Assembly: GCA_963760615.1 (NCBI GenBank)
Contig: CAVXDX010000005.1
Span: 10,473-42,472, forward strand
Direction: 5' to 3'
Length of the DNA: 32,000 bases
Source of the DNA: an uncultured Candidatus Micrarchaeota archaeon
GTDB lineage: Archaea; Micrarchaeota; Micrarchaeia; Burarchaeales; Fermentimicrarchaeaceae
Both the position numbers and the translations under genes were made by a program. Below the pieces are notes generated by a model. That model did not search any database and was not told the DNA's origin. It saw nothing but the letters and a program-made list of their open reading frames with translations. Of this stretch, positions 17,000 through 23,802 are shown piece by piece (position 1 is the stretch's first letter; every line of letters starts with the position of its first letter).

Positions 17000-17926
17000 A
17001 TGAATGAGCTTAGAAAGGACTGCCTGCTCGATAGATGGGTACTCATAGCTGAGAACAGAGGGAAGAGGCCGCATGACTACATACAAAAGGAGTGCGAGAC
17101 GAAGGAAGGAACATGTGTGTTTTGCCCTGGGAATGAGCATCTCACTCCAAAGGAGATTCTAAGCATACAAGGGCCGCATGGCTGGACTGTCAGGGGCTTC
17201 GAGAATATGTATCCTGCAACTTCGCTGGAATTTCCTCAGGCTTTTGGGAGGCACGAAGTCATAGTTGAGATGAACCAGCACAACAAGAACCTACAGGATC
17301 TTCCTGCAGGCGCCATACGAGAGGTCATAGACATGTACTGCGCCAGGATAGACGATATAAGCAAAATAGATGGAATAGGTTACGTTCTAATTTTCAAGAA
17401 TCACGGAGAGGAGGCGGGAACATCCATTTCGCACGAGCACAGCCAGCTCATAGCATTGCCACAAATTCCCACTCTTGTGAAGGAAGAGCTGTCTGCCTAC
17501 AAAAAATACCACAGGAAGACCGGAAAATGCATATTCTGCGATATAGCGGCAATGGAGATGAACTCCGAGAGAAAAATCTTTGAGAGTGACAAATTCATCT
17601 GCTTTGCCCCCTTCGCTTCAAGATTCCCCTTCGAGTCATGGCTGCTTCCAAAGCGGCATGCAGGAAATATCACAGACTTGACGGATGAGGAGAAAAACTC
17701 TCTGGCAGAGGCGCTGAAAAAAAATCTCACCGCGCTCAGCAAGCTGCTCCACAACCCGCCTTACAACTATTATCTTCACATAGCGCCTCCGCATGAGGAC
17801 TTCCACTTCCATATTGAGATATGCCCGAGAGTAACGAAGCTTGCGGGCTTTGAGCTGGGCAGCGGTATGATAATAAACACCATGCCACCTGAAAGAGCTG
17901 CTCCCGAGCTGAGAAATCTACTTTAG
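17000..17926 (+). CDS. GalT-like HIT-superfamily nucleotidyltransferase (galactose-1-phosphate uridylyltransferase / ADP-glucose phosphorylase family)
   Basis: 308 aa. RWVLIAENRGKRP is followed by the Zn site CVFCPGNE and the active-site motif HEHSQLIA (H-x-H-x-Q). A second half-domain has CIFCD. gaggt precedes the ATG, which lies 9 nt after the herA stop. Confidence 0.85.
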   Translation: MNELRKDCLLDRWVLIAENRGKRPHDYIQKECETKEGTCVFCPGNEHLTPKEILSIQGPHGWTVRGFENMYPATSLEFPQAFGRHEVIVEMNQHNKNLQDLPAGAIREVIDMYCARIDDISKIDGIGYVLIFKNHGEEAGTSISHEHSQLIALPQIPTLVKEELSAYKKYHRKTGKCIFCDIAAMEMNSERKIFESDKFICFAPFASRFPFESWLLPKRHAGNITDLTDEEKNSLAEALKKNLTALSKLLHNPPYNYYLHIAPPHEDFHFHIEICPRVTKLAGFELGSGMIINTMPPERAAPELRNLL

Positions 17927-18652
17927 CTTCCTTCTTTTCCTGCCCACCTTGTAGGTTACATTGGCCAGCTTTGCCCCGAACTTCCTTATCCCCACGCTGT
18001 AGGGGCTTCTTGGCTTGTGCCTCAGGACTGCCCTGCCGTACTCAGAGGACTTTATCACATTGTTGTCGTAGGGAAGGCTGCATAACAGTGGCGTTCCGAG
18101 CCACTCCTTCGCAATCCTCCTCACTCTCTTCTCATTCTTCCTCACCTTGTTCAGCACAGTCCCAAAGATCTCAACCCCGTTCCTATCTGCCACCATCTTA
18201 GTTTTCAGCGTGTTGGAGAATGAAGTTATTTCAGGAGTTGTTATGAGTATCACCCTGTCCGCTATTTTCAGCGTCTCAAGGGTGTTGTTCCCAAGAGTTC
18301 CAGGCGCATCAACGAGAACTATATCCGCGGCCTTGCTGAGCTGCGTTCTCACCTTCCAGAGGTGCTGCGGTGGTAATGCCTCAACATCCTCCAGAGCGAG
18401 GCTTGAAGCCACCATCTTCACCCCTGCGGGGTGAGCGAATACCGCATCTTCAAAATTGACTCCCTGAGAGAATACATCCTGTATAGTGCATTCCGGAAAT
18501 GGCGGGCCAAGTATGCATGACAGGTCTCCGTTGCTCAAGTTCCCATCCACTATGAGCGTGTCAACTCCGAAATCGCTCAGGCACAACCCAAGGTTTGCAA
18601 CGAAGTTGCTCTTGCCTACTCCACCTTTGCCGGATGCAATTGTTATAATCAA
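17918..18652 (-). CDS. minD: MinD/ParA-family P-loop ATPase with a deviant Walker A motif
   Basis: 244 aa. ITIASGKGGVGKS is the deviant Walker A motif. Also present are LIVDGN, VLVDAPG and a basic C-terminal tail (KVGRKRRKLK). The start is TTG, preceded by aggtga, immediately after the stop of the upstream ORF. Confidence 0.85.
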   Translation of the reverse strand: MIITIASGKGGVGKSNFVANLGLCLSDFGVDTLIVDGNLSNGDLSCILGPPFPECTIQDVFSQGVNFEDAVFAHPAGVKMVASSLALEDVEALPPQHLWKVRTQLSKAADIVLVDAPGTLGNNTLETLKIADRVILITTPEITSFSNTLKTKMVADRNGVEIFGTVLNKVRKNEKRVRRIAKEWLGTPLLCSLPYDNNVIKSSEYGRAVLRHKPRSPYSVGIRKFGAKLANVTYKVGRKRRKLK

Positions 18653-18656
18653 CTTC

Positions 18657-18965
18657 TCACCTAATCCTCCTCTTTAGCTCAGCCCCGAAAATCTCCCTTT
18701 TCTTCCTCAACCCTAGCTCATCAAAATCCACTGTTGCTTCCCTTGCATCTGCTATGCTTTCCTGAGCGAAGGTAATCCTCTCAGCTTCGAGGACTGCCCC
18801 GATTTTATCGGGAGTGACTGTTATATTCTGCTCCCTTATCTTCACCATGAGCCCTTCCAGTTCAGCCTGATTCCACTTGCCTCTCGTAGTACGCACAAAC
18901 TCGGAGAGCAAACCGGAACTTTTGAGAACTTCGAGCTGTGCATTTTCGGTGCTTTCTTCCATCAT
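18657..18965 (-). CDS. Hypothetical protein (102 aa) between rad50 and the minD-like gene
   Basis: It is co-directional with and tightly spaced from its neighbours: 30 nt after the rad50 stop, and its own stop lies inside the RBS of the minD-like gene. The sequence is acidic and helical-looking, with no motif recognised. Confidence 0.55.
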   Translation of the reverse strand: MMEESTENAQLEVLKSSGLLSEFVRTTRGKWNQAELEGLMVKIREQNITVTPDKIGAVLEAERITFAQESIADAREATVDFDELGLRKKREIFGAELKRRIR

Positions 18966-18995
18966 GTGTCACCAACTGTCGCCAATTGCAATAGA

Positions 18996-21272
18996 TTAAT
19001 GTGTAGCAGTATTTAAAACAGTTGCGCTTTCCACTTTTGTTGGTTCATTTTTTTCCTTGTTTCTCCAGAGGTGGTATACTCTCGCGCTTGCCTCATCTTT
19101 CAAGCTTTCATCATGGGTTATCACGAAAACCTGCTCAACTATTTTCGGTGCGTACTCATTCAAAACCTTCCCCAGAGCCTTTCTCCCCTCCTCATCCAAA
19201 TTATGGGTGGGCTCGTCAAGTATGAGCCAGCTCAGATTCGGCACAAGCACCATCGCAAATGCCATCCTCATGGCAATGCTGGCGCTCGACCTCTCCCCTC
19301 CGCTCGCTATGCCATCAACGTTCACCCAGCTTCCCCCAGCATTGAGCTGCAGAGCATAATCCTCCTCGTCGGCATTCAGCCTGATACCCTGGTAGTCTGC
19401 ATAAGGGTAGACTGTGCCCCACATCTCCTCCATGGCGGAATTTATAGCCCCTATGAGCTCCTCCCTCAGCTGTGCCTGAGTCTCCGAAACAGAATTCTGG
19501 AAAAGCGCGAAGTTCTCGTAGATGGAGCCATACCTCTCAACATCCTTGCCCAGCTTCTCATACCTCTCAATCTCCTCCCTCTTACCCTTTACGATCTCCT
19601 CAACTCTCTTCATCTCCTTGCGCATCCCTTCAATTTTCTCTGCAACCCCCCTCTCCTCAACACTCAGCTCCCTGACCTCATCCCTTTTTGCTTCAAGAGC
19701 CCCGCTGTCAAACCTTATTTCGCCAAGCTTTCTCTCAACATCCGCTCCCTCCCTCCTGAGCTCCTCCATGCGCATCCTGGATTTCTTTATCTCAAGTGCA
19801 ACTCTTGCTTTCTCCCTTTTCTCCTCAATGCTTTTCACCAACTGCTCCTCCTTCCTCAATTTTTCCTCAGCGGCAGTGAGGAGGGAGTTCAGCTTCTCAA
19901 TCTCCTCCTTCCCCCTCATTTTTTTCATTCTCTCCTCAATGTCTCTTACCGCTTTCAGCCTCTCCTTCATGCTGCTCAGCAGCTTTTCATCCTCCGCAGT
20001 AAGCTTCTCCGTGCTGTATATCTTTTCAACCTCAATCGCCCTCTCACTTTCTCTTTTCTCAAGTAGTTCCTTCCGTCTACCCTCTTCTAGTGGAGTCTCG
20101 CATACGGGGCATTTTGTAATTTCCTTTCCAAGCTCCGAAATGAGCTCATCCAGCTCGGCAACCCTCCGCTTTGAGCAGCTAATCTCACCTCTTGAATCAT
20201 TCAGCTTCTTCTCCGCTTCATCCATCCTGCTCTCCAGCTCCTTAGAACCCTCTTTGAAATCAGCAATCTTCTTTTCAAGTTCCTCTCTCTCTTTCATTTC
20301 ATCCTGAATGACTCTCATCCTCTCGTTTGTGGAGCCTACCTCCCGTGTACAATCCGCAACCCTTTTCCTCCCTTCCCTCAGCCTATCATCAATCCTTCCC
20401 ATCTCCGCCTCATCTACCATTTCTATCTCTTCAGGTGATGCCGCGACTATGCGGTCTGCCTCCTCCTTCTCCATATTCTCAATGGTGCGAGTTATTGCAC
20501 CTTTCCTTTCGCTGAGTTCACTGTAGACTCTCTCAAGCATGCTCATTTTGGAGAGGGCAGCCTCCGCGTTCTTCTTCCCCACCCCAATCTCCCTGGCTCT
20601 GCCACCGAGCTCCTGCGTTTCCTTCTCAAGCCTTTTCAAATCTCCGGCAGCGCTCTCCTCCTCCTTCCTGAGCTTCTCCGCATCCATGCTGCCGAGCAGG
20701 GCCCTTCTGTCATCCTGCATCCCCTTTATTCTATTGAGCACAGTGCTCAGGTTGCTTCTCATAACCTCAAACTTGCTTATCCCGAGCAGCTCGTCAATCT
20801 GCTTCTTCCTGTCGCCCCTCCCCAGAGTTAAGAAATAATCAATACCGTTCTGTTCAGAATAAACTGCCCGCGTGAAAAGATCATAGTCTATCCTAAGCAG
20901 CCTCTCCACCTCTTCATTCACCCGCTGTGGTTGAGGCCCCTGCAGCAGCTTTCCCCCTCTGCTTATCCTTGCCTCTGAGCTGCCTTCTGCGTTTATTCCC
21001 CTCTCGATTTCATACCTGTTACCTTGCCATGTCAGCTCAACCTTGACCCATGCCTCATCCTTCTTCGCAGGCCTGTTCATTATTATGTCAGAGAGCTTCA
21101 CACGCTTGTGCTGCAGGGCTGGGAAGTTGCCGAAGAGGGCGAAGCATAATGCATCGAGCACGGTGCTCTTGCCGCTTCCCATAGGACCGACAAGTACGTT
21201 TGTTCCCTTTCCGAACGTGAGCTTTGTATCCTCATGGGACTTCCAGTTGTGCAAGGAGATGCCATCTATCAC
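18996..21272 (-). CDS. rad50: Rad50 (SMC-like DNA double-strand-break repair ATPase) with a zinc hook
   Basis: 758 aa. Walker A is GPMGSGKST and the Q-loop is YSEQNG. Long E/K/R-rich coiled coils flank a central hook, KCPVCETPL. The signature motif is SGGERSSASIAMR, Walker B/D-loop is LILDEPTHNLD, and the H-loop is VITHDE. Confidence 0.9.
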   Translation of the reverse strand: MIDGISLHNWKSHEDTKLTFGKGTNVLVGPMGSGKSTVLDALCFALFGNFPALQHKRVKLSDIIMNRPAKKDEAWVKVELTWQGNRYEIERGINAEGSSEARISRGGKLLQGPQPQRVNEEVERLLRIDYDLFTRAVYSEQNGIDYFLTLGRGDRKKQIDELLGISKFEVMRSNLSTVLNRIKGMQDDRRALLGSMDAEKLRKEEESAAGDLKRLEKETQELGGRAREIGVGKKNAEAALSKMSMLERVYSELSERKGAITRTIENMEKEEADRIVAASPEEIEMVDEAEMGRIDDRLREGRKRVADCTREVGSTNERMRVIQDEMKEREELEKKIADFKEGSKELESRMDEAEKKLNDSRGEISCSKRRVAELDELISELGKEITKCPVCETPLEEGRRKELLEKRESERAIEVEKIYSTEKLTAEDEKLLSSMKERLKAVRDIEERMKKMRGKEEIEKLNSLLTAAEEKLRKEEQLVKSIEEKREKARVALEIKKSRMRMEELRREGADVERKLGEIRFDSGALEAKRDEVRELSVEERGVAEKIEGMRKEMKRVEEIVKGKREEIERYEKLGKDVERYGSIYENFALFQNSVSETQAQLREELIGAINSAMEEMWGTVYPYADYQGIRLNADEEDYALQLNAGGSWVNVDGIASGGERSSASIAMRMAFAMVLVPNLSWLILDEPTHNLDEEGRKALGKVLNEYAPKIVEQVFVITHDESLKDEASARVYHLWRNKEKNEPTKVESATVLNTATH

Positions 21273-21305
21273 GTATTTATTTTATATGCAATACTAAAAT
21301 AATGT

Positions 21306-21776
21306 ATGTTCGTTGCCGATGCGATGCTGAAGAAACTTGCCAGGTGGCTCAGGTTGCTCGGAGTTGAGGCCCTCTACCCCGATTCAATTGACGACAATGA
21401 CATAATTGAATTCACAAAGAAGAACAAGAAGATTCTTCTCACCATGGACTCTGAGCTGTGCAGGAGGGCCAGGAAGCAGGGCGTGAGTGTCTTCCTCGTG
21501 CCGAGGAGGAGCACTGAGGAGCAGCTCGTGCTCCTCATAAAGAGATTTAAGCTTGACATCTCGGATGCGCCTTCAAAGGTTTTATGTCCGCTCTGCAACG
21601 GCACACTGAAACAGGTTGGAAAGACAACTGTGAAGACTAAGGTTCCTCCAGACATTCTTTCAAAGCATGATATATTCTGGGTGTGCAAGAAATGCAAGAA
21701 AGTCTTCTGGGAGGGCTCTCACTGGGAGAGGATAAAGAGAAATGTGGAAAAAGTAAAGAGCATGCTTGAAGACTAG
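21306..21776 (+). CDS. Mut7-C / DUF82 family protein (PIN-like nuclease fold plus C-terminal zinc ribbon)
   Basis: 156 aa. The N-terminus FVADAMLKKLARWLRLLGVEA is typical of the family. The C-terminal motifs CPLCNG ... CKKCKKVFWEGSHWERI form the zinc ribbon. Confidence 0.8.
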   Translation: MFVADAMLKKLARWLRLLGVEALYPDSIDDNDIIEFTKKNKKILLTMDSELCRRARKQGVSVFLVPRRSTEEQLVLLIKRFKLDISDAPSKVLCPLCNGTLKQVGKTTVKTKVPPDILSKHDIFWVCKKCKKVFWEGSHWERIKRNVEKVKSMLED

Positions 21777-22021
21777 ATTAGAGTCACTTCTTCTACCTGC
21801 ACTTCGCTCACGCCCGCTATCTTCCTCAGCTTTTCCTCAATGTCGCTCCCGCCGCTTGAGTCTTTAACAAGAATTGTAACCTTGAGTGCTTTCATTCCGA
21901 AAGCCACTTCCTCCTCCTCAAGCTTGTAGGGCTTCAGCTCATTTTGAATGGAGCTCTTAACCTTCTCAAGCACTTCAGGGCTTTCCGGAAAAACTTTTGT
22001 TATCACAGCAGCAGTTCCCAT
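21773..22021 (-). CDS. ef1b: Translation elongation factor aEF-1 beta
   Basis: 82 aa starting at the internal Met of track ORF 21773..22372: MGTAAVITKVFPESPEVLEKVKSSIQ...FGMKALKVTILVKDSSGGSDIEEKLRKIAGVSEVQVEEVTLI. Size and pattern match aEF-1beta. Confidence 0.85.
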   Translation of the reverse strand: MGTAAVITKVFPESPEVLEKVKSSIQNELKPYKLEEEEVAFGMKALKVTILVKDSSGGSDIEEKLRKIAGVSEVQVEEVTLI

Positions 22022-22032
22022 ACAAAAACCTC

Positions 22033-22194
22033 CTATGGACCCTCCTTGCCGCACTTGCCGCACCTGTATGTGTTTGTTGTCTCCCTGCAGTGCGGGCATC
22101 TCACGATGACTCCTTCCCCGCAGTGGGGGCAGGAAAACTCTGCGTATACTCGCGTCTGCTTTCCGCATGAGCTGCAAATTTTCAGAATATACAT
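22033..22194 (-). CDS. Small zinc-ribbon protein (53 aa) of the type commonly found upstream of aEF-1beta (COG2888-like)
   Basis: My own translation: MYILKICSSCGKQTRVYAEFSCPHCGEGVIVRCPHCRETTNTYRCGKCGKEGP*. It has four CxxC pairs. Its stop lies 11 nt before the aEF-1beta ATG. As I recall, pairing of this gene with EF-1beta is conserved in archaea. Confidence 0.7.
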   Translation of the reverse strand: MYILKICSSCGKQTRVYAEFSCPHCGEGVIVRCPHCRETTNTYRCGKCGKEGP

Positions 22195-22242
22195 CACCTT
22201 TAATTTGTTTTGGAGGATAAACTATAATAATCCATTCTAAAT

Positions 22243-22316
22243 GCCCCCATAGTCTAGCCTGGATAAAACGCTGGCTTGCGGAGCCGGAGTCCGGGGTCCG
22301 AATCCCCGTGGGGGCG
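22243..22316 (+). tRNA. tRNA-Arg (anticodon GCG), 74 nt, no encoded CCA, no intron
   Basis: Manual cloverleaf. The acceptor stem is GCCCCCA/TGGGGGC with discriminator G. The D arm is GTCT-AGCCTGGATA-AAAC. The anticodon arm is CTGGC-TTGCGGA-GCCGG. The variable loop is AGTC. The T arm is CGGGG-TCCGAAT-CCCCG. Confidence 0.85.
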
Positions 22317-22340
22317 AAATAAATTACTAACTGACTGCGA

Positions 22341-22354
22341 TAATATTTAATATA
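22341..22354 (+). promoter_or_regulatory. TATA-like box for the stomatin gene (leaderless at ATG 22376)
   Basis: taatatttaatata is centred about 28 nt upstream of ATG 22376. Confidence 0.4.
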
Positions 22355-22375
22355 CCTTTGTGCAAATCTCATCGC

Positions 22376-23128
22376 ATGCTACAAATATTTGAAACAATAT
22401 GCGGCGGCATATTTGTTGTAGTAGTTCTGGCCTTCACAGCAGTGAAGGTCATCTATGAGTACCAGCGAGGAGTGGTTTTCACACTTGGAAAATTCAGCGG
22501 TGTGGTGGGACCTGGTATAAACTTCATTATCCCAATACTGCAGGAAATAAGGATAGTTGACATGAGGATAACCACAACTGATGTGCCGAAGCAGGAGATA
22601 ATGACAAAGGACAACGTTCCTGTCATGGCGAACACAGTTGTATACTTCAAGGTTGAGAAGCCTGATGATGCAGTGATAAAGATTGAGGATTACAACTTCG
22701 CGGTATCGCAGTACACCCAGACAGCTCTTAGAGATGTGGTTGGGAACAGCGAACTAGACGTAATCCTCACCCAAAGGGAGCAAATTGCCGATGAGATAAA
22801 GAAGATAGTTGATGCAGAAACATCTGAATGGGGAGTGGACATCTCATCAATAAAGATACAGGAGATAGAGCTGCCTGCTGAGATGAAGAGGGCTATGGCA
22901 AAGCAGGCAGAAGCAGAGAGGGACAGGAGGGCAACAGTAATAAAATCACTGGGAGAGCTTCAGGCATCCACAAACCTCATGAAGGCAGCCGCAAACCTCT
23001 CAAAGAGCAATGGAGCGCTGCAGCTGAGGACGCTGCAGACAATTGCAGAAATAGCAGCAGACCCATCTGAGAAAATAGTGCTTTTCCTCCCAACGGAGTT
23101 GAAGAGCTTCCTTGAGAAAATAAAGTAG
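22376..23128 (+). CDS. SPFH/band-7 family protein (stomatin/prohibitin homologue)
   Basis: An N-terminal TM helix is followed by YQRGVVFTLGKFSGVVGPGINFIIP, TKDNVPV, ALRDVVG, EWGV.I..I.I..I.LP and AEAERDRRA. The track ORF starts at TTG 22358; ATG 22376 is preferred because of the TATA spacing. Confidence 0.9.
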   Translation: MLQIFETICGGIFVVVVLAFTAVKVIYEYQRGVVFTLGKFSGVVGPGINFIIPILQEIRIVDMRITTTDVPKQEIMTKDNVPVMANTVVYFKVEKPDDAVIKIEDYNFAVSQYTQTALRDVVGNSELDVILTQREQIADEIKKIVDAETSEWGVDISSIKIQEIELPAEMKRAMAKQAEAERDRRATVIKSLGELQASTNLMKAAANLSKSNGALQLRTLQTIAEIAADPSEKIVLFLPTELKSFLEKIK

Positions 23129-23136
23129 TTGGTCGC

Positions 23137-23802
23137 ATGCTGGACAGAGAAAAACGCTACTTGCAGATAGCGTTCAATGACGATATACGAGATGTAGACA
23201 AGATGCTTCCGCAGATTCCTTTTGATGAGAGGATACTCATAGAGGCAGGAACGCCTTTCATAAAAAGGGAGGGGCAGAGAGGCATACAGCACATTGTCAG
23301 CATGTGGTCAGGCCCGATAATTGCGGATATAAAGACAATGGACGGTGCACTAGAGGAGGTTCAGGAGGTTGCTGCCGCTGGGGCAGGCGGCGCGACTGTG
23401 CTGGGAGCTGCAACAAAGGAAACAATTGATTTATTCATCCAGAACTGCAAGCAGTACAACCTCATCTCTGTTGTTGACATGATTAACGTCGATGACCCAC
23501 TGAGAGTCCTGCTGCACCTGAAAGACCGGCCGGATATTGTTGAGATACATATGGGAAGGGATGAGGAAACCACTAGGGGCAATATGATTGAATACAGGCA
23601 TATACGAAGAGTGAAAAGCAAGTATGATGTGATTGTATCCGCAGCAGGAGGGGTTGATTTGCGAGAGGCTCAGAGTGCTGTTTTTAATGGGGCGGACATA
23701 GTTGTTGTAAACATCGTGCAGCCAGATGACCCTTGGAGAGGCATAAAGAGCACTGATGAAATAAGAAACATGGCAGTTGAGTTCCTCAAAGCAGTGAAGT
23801 GA
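23137..23802 (+). CDS. 3-hexulose-6-phosphate synthase-like protein (OMP decarboxylase suprafamily, HUMPS/KGPDC branch)
   Basis: 221 aa. It has YLQIAFND (versus the usual LQvALD), the IIADIKTMD (D-x-K-x-x-D) motif, HMGRDEE and a C-terminal SAAGGV phosphate-binding loop. Confidence 0.7.
   Translation: MLDREKRYLQIAFNDDIRDVDKMLPQIPFDERILIEAGTPFIKREGQRGIQHIVSMWSGPIIADIKTMDGALEEVQEVAAAGAGGATVLGAATKETIDLFIQNCKQYNLISVVDMINVDDPLRVLLHLKDRPDIVEIHMGRDEETTRGNMIEYRHIRRVKSKYDVIVSAAGGVDLREAQSAVFNGADIVVVNIVQPDDPWRGIKSTDEIRNMAVEFLKAVK

Noticed and set aside
19022-20838. A series of long plus-strand ORFs (up to 331 aa) that are very rich in Ser/Leu/Phe/Pro
   Set aside because: They lie antisense to the rad50 coiled-coil region. 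E/K/R-rich GAA/AAG/AGG codons read as TTC/CTT/CCT on the other strand and suppress stop codons. They have low-complexity composition and no start-site context, so they are shadow ORFs.
21773-22372. A 199-aa minus-strand ORF spanning the whole 21.8-22.4 kb region
   Set aside because: It is a composite read-through. Only its last 82 codons are the aEF-1beta gene. Upstream it runs out of frame across the zinc-ribbon gene and antisense through the tRNA-Arg gene.
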